Shown here: positions 47,142 to 55,526 of the stretch, piece after piece
Layout of the letters: every line of letters begins with the position of its first letter
Position numbering within the stretch: position 1 is the first letter of the stretch
Virus record (IMG/VR): IMGVR_UViG_3300028886_000004
Coordinates: 1-64,000 of that record
Source: a virus
Lineage: Duplodnaviria > Caudoviricetes
DNA: 64,000 nt
Reading direction: 5' to 3' (one strand)
Translations under genes and position numbers: made by a program
The notes under the pieces: generated by a model
Databases searched by the model: none
Told to the model about the DNA's origin: nothing
What the model saw: the letters and a program-made list of their open reading frames with translations, nothing else

Positions 47142-47498
47142 ATGAGCGACATCACTGGATTTGCAAAGTTGAAGCCCGGCGCCTTCAAGGACAAATTGAA
47201 TGACCTGATGGCAAAAGGCAAGAAGAAGGACCTCCGCAAAATTGTCCTCAAGCTGAAGGAGGAGGTTCTCGACTACGTCACGACCAATGCGAAGCGCATG
47301 AGTGAAAAGTCCGTGGAATTTCGCATTGAAGGCGGGCAGGTAATGCCGCAGTATCGCGGCGAGACCCACGGGGTCAATCCCATATGCGGGGTTGACGTTT
47401 TGCCGGACATCAAGGAGAAATTCAAGGCTGAAGGGTTTACGCTGGAATGGGCGTATGACCGAGGCGAGTTGAACGGCAAGCTGATTTTCAGGTGGTAG
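47142..47498 (+). CDS. hypothetical protein
   Basis: coupled ORF. Confidence 0.7.
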   Translation: MSDITGFAKLKPGAFKDKLNDLMAKGKKKDLRKIVLKLKEEVLDYVTTNAKRMSEKSVEFRIEGGQVMPQYRGETHGVNPICGVDVLPDIKEKFKAEGFTLEWAYDRGELNGKLIFRW

Positions 47499-47502
47499 CG
47501 CG

Positions 47503-47925
47503 ATGACGACCAACTGGAAGAACAAGAAATTGCTGGAAGAAGGGAAACTTCCCCCGCTCCCCAAGAAGGCAAGTCCGGCGCCTCCCCCGCGAAAGGACTA
47601 TCCGCTGTTTACGCATGCGGATCACGCTCATCCTTATGCGCTGGCGGCAAAGCGGATCCACGAGCTGGAAGCGGCCAACAAAGAAAAGGACGCGGTGATC
47701 GCCCAATTGGAACGCGATGCGGTTGCCGCCGGGCGCTTGAACTTGTCCCTCCGCCTGCTGGCGATTCACGGACTCATCTATCGCCTGGACAGTTTGATCA
47801 AGGAGGAGATGGCGCAGCAGCATCCCAACGCAGGCAGGATACAGAGGTGGTCCGCCGAGGTCGGGCGCTTCCGCAGCAGCTATGAAACCCTCAAGGAAAG
47901 CAAGCTCAAAGGAGGCAAGGGATGA
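47503..47925 (+). CDS. hypothetical protein (EKD..IA.L module)
   Basis: coupled ORF. Confidence 0.7.
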   Translation: MTTNWKNKKLLEEGKLPPLPKKASPAPPPRKDYPLFTHADHAHPYALAAKRIHELEAANKEKDAVIAQLERDAVAAGRLNLSLRLLAIHGLIYRLDSLIKEEMAQQHPNAGRIQRWSAEVGRFRSSYETLKESKLKGGKG

Positions 47926-48203
47926 GGGAATTTACCGGAACCGAGAAATACTATGTCCTTATGCTAATTCCGTACGGCAGCAAGGACCACGGGTACGAGC
48001 CTCGCTATTGGGCGAAGGAAAAGGATTTCACATTGAAGGACCTTACGCATGCGACCCGGTTCGATTCCATTACGGCCGCGAAGGCCGTAATGACGAAGGC
48101 AAGAAAGAAATACCGGGAATGTCCCTGGTTTGGCATCACGGACAATGATGAAATGATCGTTGCGGAAGTCAACACAAAGGTCCCCGTAAAGGAGGTTGAA
48201 TAA
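47922..48203 (+). CDS. hypothetical protein, paralogue of 56555-56848
   Basis: DLTHATRF vs DLAQATHF; similar C-termini. Confidence 0.7.
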   Translation: MREFTGTEKYYVLMLIPYGSKDHGYEPRYWAKEKDFTLKDLTHATRFDSITAAKAVMTKARKKYRECPWFGITDNDEMIVAEVNTKVPVKEVE

Positions 48204-48475
48204 TGAAATTCGAGCGCGTGGAGGATTTGAAGGAATACCTCACCCAGCAGTGTTTTACGGACACCGTGGTTTTGGAAGGTCCGGACTATATAAGCGCCGT
48301 TATCGGAATAAGCACGGACGGCCAGCTCATTTACAGCCGTAACCTTATGGTAAAGCATTTGTGCGAGCAGGACGGAATGACCGAGTAGGAAGCGAATGAG
48401 TTTATTGATTTCAATACGGTGGGCGCTTTGCCTAATATGGGAGAGAAGGCGCCTATCATAATGGAGGATTTATGA
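48203..48475 (+). pseudogene. phage protein interrupted by in-frame TAG at 48386-48388
   Basis: DGMTE*EANEFIDFNTVGALPNMGEKAPIIMEDL reads on in frame to a TGA overlapping the next ATG. Confidence 0.7.
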
Positions 48476-48795
48476 TGTGCACGTTTGGTGAATTTTGGTG
48501 GATCTTTTTATTTGTAGCCGTCATAGCCGTATTCGTCATTATCTTGGCGCCTACGGAGGCAACAAAGGTGGGACTGATTTCGGGTGCAACATGCCTAGTG
48601 TGTATTGTGCTGCTGGTTATAGCAGGCGGCGCCAAGAATAATGTCCACTGCAAAGAATTGAAATATCAGTCCGTGGTCAATCAACGCGCTGAACTTGTCC
48701 GGGAATGTCCCGATAGGGAGAAACCTAGTTGTCAGGTTCAATGGATAAAATATCAGCAGGACTCGTTGTCCAAGTATCTTCGGGTGCTGCAATAA
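48472..48795 (+). CDS. membrane protein (2 TM)
   Basis: GGAGG RBS; two hydrophobic segments. Confidence 0.7.
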   Translation: MMCTFGEFWWIFLFVAVIAVFVIILAPTEATKVGLISGATCLVCIVLLVIAGGAKNNVHCKELKYQSVVNQRAELVRECPDREKPSCQVQWIKYQQDSLSKYLRVLQ

Positions 48796-48810
48796 TTCAA
48801 GGAGATCTAA

Positions 48811-49104
48811 ATGGATATTCAAAAGAACGATTGGCATCCTTACAAGGGATGCGGCGATGCGCCCAATGTGCAGGAATATCAAAAGGAAACCTACCTTTGT
48901 ATGGTCCAGCGCTATGCGAAGGAAACTGGCGAGGAAGTAGGCGCCGTGAGTTATCAGGTCCTGCTTTGCGATGACAACGGAATGTTTTGGGGACTGAAGA
49001 GCGATTCTTTGGTGGACTACAAGGTTATCGCGTGGAAGGAGATCACTGGGCGTGACTTTGAAGAAACTGCTTTGGCCTACCAGCGGCAGGGAACGGTGAA
49101 ATAA
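48811..49104 (+). CDS. hypothetical protein
   Basis: AAGGAG RBS; WHP...VIAWKEI. Confidence 0.7.
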   Translation: MDIQKNDWHPYKGCGDAPNVQEYQKETYLCMVQRYAKETGEEVGAVSYQVLLCDDNGMFWGLKSDSLVDYKVIAWKEITGRDFEETALAYQRQGTVK

Positions 49105-49126
49105 TCATATCGTATATTTGGATATC

Positions 49127-49459
49127 ATGAAAAACAGAAAAGAACGCAGACACGCCGTCAAGCAGGCGAACACGCTTGAAACATCCAAAAAAGCTTTACA
49201 GAAGGCGCTCATGGGCGCCCTTCATACCGGCGGATTCCTTTTCAGCAATAACGGAAAAGGCGTCATCACCCCGGTGGTCATCAATGCCACGATTCAACAG
49301 ATTATTGTGGCGATCCTTGCCTTTATTTTCTCCCGCACGAAGACGGCAGGAGAAACCACGGAACTTTACGACTACGTCATTTCGACGGCGGATCGTCTTT
49401 GCAAGATGCGCTTGAAGGATGTGCCGGCGCCGGATACGAGTTCCGAAGGAAAGAAATGA
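49127..49459 (+). CDS. hypothetical protein
   Basis: TATATT-N8-ATG. Confidence 0.7.
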   Translation: MKNRKERRHAVKQANTLETSKKALQKALMGALHTGGFLFSNNGKGVITPVVINATIQQIIVAILAFIFSRTKTAGETTELYDYVISTADRLCKMRLKDVPAPDTSSEGKK

Positions 49460-49596
49460 AAAAATTCCTGAGGCGCCTGCATAACATTTGGCTATGGTTC
49501 GTGGCAATCGTTTTCACGGTTGCCGGATTTGCTGCCTTCTGTGTTGTAGTGGGCCTCATTGTAATTGGCATTCGTAAACTTGTAACCGGAGCTTAA
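49456..49596 (+). CDS. small membrane protein
   Basis: hydrophobic segment; ATGA coupling. Confidence 0.6.
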   Translation: MKKFLRRLHNIWLWFVAIVFTVAGFAAFCVVVGLIVIGIRKLVTGA

Positions 49597-49600
49597 CCTC

Positions 49601-50371
49601 ATGTTGGAATTGACAACCTACACCGAGCTGGAGATCGCGCACCGCCTGCTGACCTCCTATGCGCAGAAATGCCGCCATCTCCACGGACATCGCTATGAAG
49701 TCGAAATCACCGTGGCGTCCCCTCGCGGCTTGAATAAGGACGGAATGATCGTGGACTTCAAGCAGTTGAAGGAAGTGGTCAAGGAAGTCCTCGACGATAA
49801 GTGGGACCACGGCGCCTGCTTCAATAAGGCGGACCGCATTTCTGAATTCATGTTGAAGGACGCGGAACGTGAACGCCTCCATCTCATCGACGACAACCCG
49901 ACCCTGGAATGGATGGTTGGCAGGTGGGTGGAAGACCTGAACGCCGCCTTCCGTGCAAAGGACATTGACTTGGTTGTCACCAAGCTGAAGGCAAGCGAAA
50001 CCGCCAAGAACACCGTTACTTGGACGCTTGATGAAAAGGTCCGTGTGTTTGCGGACAAGCCTGCACTTGAAGTTGCGGGCCTGCCGTCGCAGCGCGTGGA
50101 TGACACGAAGAAGCGCCTCGATGCCGCGTTGCGCCCCGCACCCACGCATGATTGGGCATCCCCGGATGCCAGTGTGAAAGTGGAAGAAGTCGATCCGGAC
50201 GCTGTCCCGTATTTGGTTTCCTTCTACAACAACCACACTATCGGCAGCACAGTTGTCCACTCTTCTTTGAAGGCTCAGGCGCTGTATGATTTTTGCACCG
50301 GTGCCGTTCAGCCGCTGGACAAGAACGAAGAAGCTGTTGTAGTTATTGGAATCAATCGTTTGCCGGGATAG
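49601..50371 (+). CDS. queD: 6-carboxy-5,6,7,8-tetrahydropterin synthase QueD with C-terminal extension
   Basis: AHRL, CRHLHGHRY, GMIVDF..LK, WDH, NPTLE, SET. Confidence 0.9.
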   Translation: MLELTTYTELEIAHRLLTSYAQKCRHLHGHRYEVEITVASPRGLNKDGMIVDFKQLKEVVKEVLDDKWDHGACFNKADRISEFMLKDAERERLHLIDDNPTLEWMVGRWVEDLNAAFRAKDIDLVVTKLKASETAKNTVTWTLDEKVRVFADKPALEVAGLPSQRVDDTKKRLDAALRPAPTHDWASPDASVKVEEVDPDAVPYLVSFYNNHTIGSTVVHSSLKAQALYDFCTGAVQPLDKNEEAVVVIGINRLPG

Positions 50372-50374
50372 GGT

Positions 50375-50671
50375 ATGTTACTTGAATCCTTCAAGGCAAG
50401 CAGCGATGCGGGATATGTAATTGTCCCGGGGATTGAGTCCCATACGGGGTATATATCCTATAACTACGCCGGGATGACGCCAGCCGAGGCGTCCGCCTGG
50501 AAAAATGTAATCACCATTCCTGAAGTGCGCAGGGCACGCCCCACAACCGGGGAAGACTATATGCGAGTGCTTCAGCAACTAGGCATACGATGTGCGGAAG
50601 CAGGCACGGAAGCCTGCCACGTGCTTCGCGCCGAATACCATTCAACCCCGTTATACCGGAGGATAAAATGA
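50375..50671 (+). CDS. hypothetical protein
   Basis: coupled ORF. Confidence 0.6.
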   Translation: MLLESFKASSDAGYVIVPGIESHTGYISYNYAGMTPAEASAWKNVITIPEVRRARPTTGEDYMRVLQQLGIRCAEAGTEACHVLRAEYHSTPLYRRIK

Positions 50672-50814
50672 GCAAAGATCCAAAGATGGCCGAACTTGGA
50701 AAGGCCGCTGACTATATGCGCAAGGCTGCCGACATCATCGATAAGATTTCGGGTGCCAAGGCAAGCGAAGGCGACGAAAACAAGCAGCCGAAGAAACGCC
50801 GCATCTGTGATTAA
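50668..50814 (+). CDS. small hypothetical protein
   Basis: GGAGG RBS. Confidence 0.6.
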   Translation: MSKDPKMAELGKAADYMRKAADIIDKISGAKASEGDENKQPKKRRICD

Positions 50815-50818
50815 ATCG

Positions 50819-51221
50819 TTTGGCACCGGGGAAGATTGTTAGGGTTCATCGTCTGGCGAAAAGCTCCCTTCAGTAGCCCACGCCTAACCGCCCCGGAGCC
50901 AAATGCTGTGTTTAAGAACAGGACAGTCATTCTTACGATTTCATAAAAGTCCTCAGAAAAAAGCATTGAAATCGCCCCCAATGGTTGGATGTTCTGTAAT
51001 GAGGCTCGCGTAAGTGCGCCAAGGGGAGAACACCCGCGGAGAGTTCCACGCCGAAGACGAAAGGTGGCGACGCGGGGTCCGAAATACCCGACGAGAGCCT
51101 GCCATCGCGCCAAGGCAGGATAGCTAACGAGAGGTGCGCAATCTCAAGGGCGCTGCGAGGATGGTTGACCGGGTGCGGGCCCCAAAGCCCAAGGAAAGCT
51201 CGAGGCCTCCCCTTGCGGCGC
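50819..51221 (+). ncRNA. unnamed structured RNA(s)
   Basis: about 430-nt gap in a tightly packed gene array; closing stems 50819-31/50891-903 and 51016-28/51207-21; many internal hairpins. Confidence 0.6.
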
Positions 51222-51248
51222 CCATACTAGTTTATAGGAGATTCCATT

Positions 51249-51590
51249 ATGGCAAAAGGATTGAGGCTGTCTTTTCTCGGCCAGCATCTAAACAAGGACG
51301 AACTGATTATGATGTCGTCCTGCCTCGGCTTCAATACATACCCGCATTTCAGCGGATGGGGCGGACCAAGCCATCGAAACTATCTCGCCTTTGATTCCGG
51401 GAAGTCATACGACGTTTGCATGTGCCTAGTCCAGCGCGGGCTGATGACTTGCGAAAAGGCATCAATCAATAATCATTTTACATATTTCCACGTGACCGAT
51501 ATCGGGAAGCGGATCTTCGATCTGTTCCGCCGACACCACAAGCACCCGCGTTTGGCACTTTGGAACGATCACCGGAGGAATAAGAAATGA
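51249..51590 (+). CDS. hypothetical protein (winged-helix-like, RNY...YFHVTDIG)
   Basis: AGGAG RBS. Confidence 0.7.
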   Translation: MAKGLRLSFLGQHLNKDELIMMSSCLGFNTYPHFSGWGGPSHRNYLAFDSGKSYDVCMCLVQRGLMTCEKASINNHFTYFHVTDIGKRIFDLFRRHHKHPRLALWNDHRRNKK

Positions 51591-51736
51591 ATTCAATTTT
51601 AGAAACGCTTAAAGCTGCAAGCGCAGCTATTCGTAAACACCGTTCTCTTCCGATTATTGGCGGCCCTCGCTTGGCTGCCTTTATGGAAAAGAATTGGGGG
51701 TATCGTGTAATTGATATGACGAGGAGCGGCAAATGA
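51587..51736 (+). CDS. small hypothetical protein
   Basis: GGAGG RBS, ATGA coupling at both ends. Confidence 0.6.
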   Translation: MNSILETLKAASAAIRKHRSLPIIGGPRLAAFMEKNWGYRVIDMTRSGK

Positions 51737-51966
51737 ATGCGTTGATTTTACTGGCATTCTTGGCGCTCTTTCTTTTTGCCGGAAAGAAGCTTTTTAATGT
51801 CCGCGATTGGGGCAAGCATCCAGCAAGGACCGGGCAAGCACCGGGCGAGCAGCCTCAATACAAGGGAAATCGTCCCGGCGGCATTGATATGAGCAGCACC
51901 ATCAAAATCTGTGAACGCATAATTGAAAAACTGCGGAGGACCAATGATTGCAACAAAGAAAGTTGA
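51733..51966 (+). CDS. small membrane-anchored protein
   Basis: hydrophobic N-terminus. Confidence 0.65.
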   Translation: MNALILLAFLALFLFAGKKLFNVRDWGKHPARTGQAPGEQPQYKGNRPGGIDMSSTIKICERIIEKLRRTNDCNKES

Positions 51967-52156
51967 ATGCCCCGGATGCGATATTGACATTGATGTCGAA
52001 ATCGAGGTGGACATCGACGTTAAAACAGCCGCCCACGAATTGATTTCCTATTACAAGGGAAAGGACGTGAGCGCGGGAGACGCAAATAAACTCGAGGATG
52101 CCATCCGGAAATGCCTGGTGGACGAATTGGGTGTATCAATCAGCAAGGTGGAATAA
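51944..52156 (+). CDS. hypothetical protein
   Basis: GGAGG RBS. Confidence 0.65.
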   Translation: MIATKKVECPGCDIDIDVEIEVDIDVKTAAHELISYYKGKDVSAGDANKLEDAIRKCLVDELGVSISKVE

Positions 52157-52157
52157 T

Positions 52158-52427
52158 ATGGCAGTACAAAAGAAAACTTGGGAAGAATTCCGCAATACCG
52201 GACTCTTCCATTTTGTCAACGCATTCCTGCATATCTTTGGATGGGTGATCGTTCTCGCCCTCAAGGATAACGGGGAGGTGGAAGAGGTGTATCCTGCCCG
52301 CACCGATTGGCGGGGATTCACCGAGGAAAGCAACACGAAGGCGTACAACAATGTAACCGCCTTTATGCAAAAGGAATTTGGGCTGGCAGTCCCGAAGGAG
52401 ATTAAAGATGAGCACAAGGATTCTTGA
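52158..52427 (+). CDS. hypothetical phage protein
   Basis: WEEFRNTGL..VN.FLH.FGW; YPAR..RGF. Confidence 0.75.
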   Translation: MAVQKKTWEEFRNTGLFHFVNAFLHIFGWVIVLALKDNGEVEEVYPARTDWRGFTEESNTKAYNNVTAFMQKEFGLAVPKEIKDEHKDS

Positions 52428-53007
52428 CGCCTATCTGTATGACAAGCCGGAAGAAGAATTGATGAAGGAACTCAATTCTATCCGCGACGCCTTCCACGAA
52501 TACTTGAAGGCGGACATCAAGAAGGACCCCAACAAGTGGATGCGATGGGGAAAGAGCATCGTGGACAAAGGGAAGGAAACCGGCGACGATTCCCTCACCC
52601 GTGCCATCCGCTACATCAAGGCTGGACTAGAAACGGTGGAGGTAGGAAACCCGCTCGATGTTGCCGCCAACTGCGTCGTGGTAAAGCATCGGAAGAAAAT
52701 CGTCCTTTGGTTCTTCCCCGGAATGAATTTCAAAATGTTCGCCAAGGAGAATGAAGTTCTCAAGCGCATCCACAAGAATGAATACTGGTGGCTGGATTCA
52801 GGGGACTGCGAATGGGATTCCAAGGAAGAGGAAAAAGCCTACAACAAGCGTGGCAAGTTTTGGGCATCCGCATTCGAGCACTTCCAAACATATGTGCCTT
52901 CGCGTATGGGGCTCTCGTATGAATTTTTCTCACGTGAAGACATTTTCCGCATGGGCGATTTTCTTCATATGGAATATGAATCCTATTTGAAAAGAGGTGG
53001 CAAATGA
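52408..53007 (+). CDS. hypothetical protein
   Basis: AAGGAG RBS. Confidence 0.75.
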   Translation: MSTRILDAYLYDKPEEELMKELNSIRDAFHEYLKADIKKDPNKWMRWGKSIVDKGKETGDDSLTRAIRYIKAGLETVEVGNPLDVAANCVVVKHRKKIVLWFFPGMNFKMFAKENEVLKRIHKNEYWWLDSGDCEWDSKEEEKAYNKRGKFWASAFEHFQTYVPSRMGLSYEFFSREDIFRMGDFLHMEYESYLKRGGK

Positions 53008-53705
53008 ACAAGCCGAATCCTGAATTACTGAAAAAGGTCCGTGATGGGCTGGCACGCTACAACGAAGCGCGTAAGGTCACGCATAGCGATTGGGGCAAGG
53101 AAGCCAAGATCGTTGACGAACTCAACCACACCTTGTGGAAAGCAATCCTCCCGGATGCCGTCAAGCATTTGGAGGATATGGTCGGCCACAAGATCCAGCA
53201 CGTCGAAAAGGACGGCGATGTTATCCTTTTGAGCGTCACGTCCCTCAAGTTTGAAAAGTGGGAAGTCAATCTTGTCGGTGAAGGCGTCCGCTATACCGAC
53301 CGCCACTCCTCCCCGCTTTCGAAATTGTCCTATGTGACCATCAAGTATGATTCCTTGAATGAAGTGCTTGGTATGATTAAGATCGCCGATACTGCCACGG
53401 TTGAAGATTTGGTCGCGCATGTTGAAAAGATGCGTGCGGCACAGCTGGAAGCGGCAACCAAGCAAATCAATGACAAGTATGATGGCGTGATCGCATCCAT
53501 CCGCAATATGAAGGAACCGAAGGAGGTGGTAAGCCTTGCCGACCGCTTCCATCCGGATCCGCTCCACGAAATTACGTATTTCCGCTGGAGTGACCTCGTC
53601 CGCGAGTTCGGCACCGAGGAAGACAAGAAGGCGCTTGAACCTGCCCCGGTTGATGTGGTGGAAGAAGACAACGATCCGGCGACGGCAGCAACATTGGAGG
53701 CATAA
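53004..53705 (+). CDS. hypothetical protein
   Basis: GAGG RBS, coupled. Confidence 0.75.
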   Translation: MNKPNPELLKKVRDGLARYNEARKVTHSDWGKEAKIVDELNHTLWKAILPDAVKHLEDMVGHKIQHVEKDGDVILLSVTSLKFEKWEVNLVGEGVRYTDRHSSPLSKLSYVTIKYDSLNEVLGMIKIADTATVEDLVAHVEKMRAAQLEAATKQINDKYDGVIASIRNMKEPKEVVSLADRFHPDPLHEITYFRWSDLVREFGTEEDKKALEPAPVDVVEEDNDPATAATLEA

Positions 53706-54157
53706 TGAGACAATACGCCATAGTCGATATTGACGGCACGATTTCCGATGCCAATGCCCGCGCAAAAACATACCTAGAAGGCGATAATCCGGATTGGGAT
53801 GGCTTCTATGCGGCGTGTGGCGAAGACGCGCCTATAACGCCGGTTATTCGCGTTATAGAGGCGCTTGCCGTGAGCTACAACATTGTGTTCTGTACCGGGC
53901 GCCGTGAATCGTGCGAAATCGCCACCCGCGAATGGCTGAACCGCCACGCGCCTGCCCTTGCCCATTGGCCTATCCTTTTCCGCAAGGATGGCGACGATCG
54001 CCACGATGTGATTGCGAAACCGGAAATGCTGGAAGCCTATGTGCATGCGCACCACAACATCAAGCCGTCGGTGATTTTTGAGGACCGCAATTCAATGGTC
54101 GAAAAGTGGCGCGAGCTCGGCTACACCGTGTTCCAGCCTGCCAACGGGGAATTTTAG
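53705..54157 (+). CDS. HAD phosphatase, polynucleotide kinase 3'-phosphatase-like (T4 PseT C-domain)
   Basis: VDIDGT, TGR, DVIAK, FEDR...WRELG..VFQ. Confidence 0.88.
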   Translation: MRQYAIVDIDGTISDANARAKTYLEGDNPDWDGFYAACGEDAPITPVIRVIEALAVSYNIVFCTGRRESCEIATREWLNRHAPALAHWPILFRKDGDDRHDVIAKPEMLEAYVHAHHNIKPSVIFEDRNSMVEKWRELGYTVFQPANGEF

Positions 54158-54165
54158 GAGGAACT

Positions 54166-54459
54166 ATGAAACAGCATGTTGGACTCGAAATGCCGATGGT
54201 GGGACTTGTTCTCAAGAACGGGAAGACGATTTGTGGCGTGCCTTGCGGGTTTGAATCCGAACACGTCGCTATGGACGATCCTTCAAAGAATGAGTACATC
54301 CAATATATTGTATTCCCGTGGACGAAGGTTTCCTGCAATGACATTGATGAGGTGCTTACCTATGACGAAGGCGGGGAACCGCATCGTTTAAAGGTGGATG
54401 CTGCGATTTCGGCGCACATCCACATTTGGTTCCTCAACAAGGAATTCAAGAAGGCGTAG
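54166..54459 (+). CDS. hypothetical protein
   Basis: AGGAGG RBS. Confidence 0.7.
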   Translation: MKQHVGLEMPMVGLVLKNGKTICGVPCGFESEHVAMDDPSKNEYIQYIVFPWTKVSCNDIDEVLTYDEGGEPHRLKVDAAISAHIHIWFLNKEFKKA

Positions 54460-54477
54460 CGGAACCTCGTATATAAA

Positions 54478-54690
54478 GACATCCGGAGGCACGCGTTGTT
54501 CTTGGTGCCTTAAAAGATGGAGCAAGAAGGAAAGTCGCTGCCTTGCGGCCCGTCGCGCGGGAACTGGCACGATGATTACGAAGGATGTGAGAGAGAAGGC
54601 GGGGCAAGTGCCCCAACGCCGGAATCCGGTGAGGGCGAAAGCTAACAAAGGGCCAATCCAACGCAGACGTGTAGAGGGTTGGCCCCTTTC
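54478..54690 (+). ncRNA. unnamed structured RNA A
   Basis: follows TATATA; ACATCC/GGATGT stem, several hairpins, terminal GGGCCAATCC/GGGTTGGCCC-CTTT. Confidence 0.5.
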
Positions 54691-54703
54691 GTATATTAAG
54701 GAC

Positions 54704-54819
54704 AGCTGGCAGGTCCATCCAAAAAGAGCCATCTAGCGAAGCAACCCAACGGTTGTCGCCTCATTGCTTCAAGGCGCTTCCCGCGGGGCTATTTGGCTGA
54801 TTTTGGGTGGACCACAGCT
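54704..54819 (+). ncRNA. unnamed structured RNA B (rod-like, about 116 nt)
   Basis: TATATT at 54692; AGCTG/CAGCT, GGTCCATCCAAAA/TTTTGGGTGGACC, AGCCA/TGGCT, GAAGCAA/TTGCTTC. Confidence 0.6.
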
Positions 54820-54830
54820 TCCAGTTCCTT

Positions 54831-55185
54831 GGGGATGCTTGGTATCGACAGGGATGCTGATGCATGAGTTGCACGTCGAGGTCTCAGCCGTGGGCACTCG
54901 TTAAAAAGGTTGAAAAAGAATAAATGCTGCACCTGTAGCAATGGCTGCCTAATTTTAGGGTAACCCTTGGATCCGCCTCCATTCCCGGAGGGGTGGCATC
55001 CGAGTCGCAAACCGGGATAGGGTTGAATCTTGGCAACGAGGAGAAGACCTGAAATTTGTCGTTGCTGGCCGAAGCATCGCCGCTTCCCTTTGGGCGTGGC
55101 AAGGCAAGAACAAATACAGGGAATAAGCGTGTAGTAGCAAATGAGTAGGTGTTTTTGGACGCGGGTTCGACTCCCGCCATCTCCA
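54831..55185 (+). ncRNA. ssrA: tmRNA
   Basis: GGGGATG/CATCTCC-A acceptor with G3-U, GGTATCGAC D-loop analogue, GCGGGTTCGACTCCCGC T-arm, tag ORF 54926-54952 encoding AAPVAMAA* after TAAAT. Confidence 0.95.
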
Positions 55186-55192
55186 CGAATAG

Positions 55193-55282
55193 ATACGTGC
55201 CCGTTGGCCCAATAGGCTGGCGGACACCCGGGAAGGTCCGTTGGAATTGCTCCGACTAGGGGCCGGGGAAACGGGCACGTAT
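55193..55282 (+). ncRNA. unnamed structured RNA C
   Basis: perfect 13-bp closing stem ATACGTGCCCGTT/AACGGGCACGTAT with internal hairpins. Confidence 0.55.
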
Positions 55283-55295
55283 TATTGAATTTTCC

Positions 55296-55386
55296 GGCCT
55301 GCTGCCGGTAGTACCGCCCTTCAGCACGGGGTAGAGCGCACGGATGGGGTTCGAGTGTTTTCCGGCGATGCGCAAAGGCAGCAGCC
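55296..55386 (+). ncRNA. unnamed structured RNA D
   Basis: CTGCTGCC/GGCAGCAG closing stem; internal hairpins, one with GGTTCGAG. Confidence 0.5.
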
Positions 55387-55389
55387 ACT

Positions 55390-55414
55390 AGGGTTCCAAA
55401 AGGAACCCTTTTTT
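55390..55414 (+). terminator. rho-independent terminator of the RNA cluster
   Basis: AGGGTTCC-AAAA-GGAACCCT-TTTTT. Confidence 0.85.
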
Positions 55415-55450
55415 GTTGAAAAGCAAGAAAATTATTTTTTTTTCTAGAAA

Positions 55451-55526
55451 GGGGTGTCTTTTTCAAATCAAGTAGTTATATTTAGGGTATGAGGCGCCGG
55501 GTAGGCGTCCAGCCAAGGAAAGACAT
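55451..55526 (+). promoter_or_regulatory. conserved promoter cassette, copy 3
   Basis: GGGGTGTCTTTTTCA-N11-TATATT, GGCGCC hairpin, CAAGGAAAG RBS. Confidence 0.85.

Noticed and set aside
48386-48388. Genome-wide TAG reassignment (alternative genetic code)
   Set aside because: Many genes end in TAG immediately followed by an RBS or next start (9645, 29567, 47140, 54157, 55862, 61070); long genes are not fragmented; only one internal amber was seen
54520-54545. RNase P RNA (AGGAAAGTC resembles GAGGAAAGUCC)
   Set aside because: The partner 3' P4 motif and overall layout were not found
55186-55282. HDV-like (theta) ribozyme 3' of tmRNA
   Set aside because: Could not identify the nested double-pseudoknot elements by eye; needs a motif search
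55296-55386. tRNA gene (GGTTCGAG T-loop-like sequence)
   Set aside because: No canonical 5-bp T-stem, D-arm or YU-NNN-R anticodon loop; kept as an unnamed RNA
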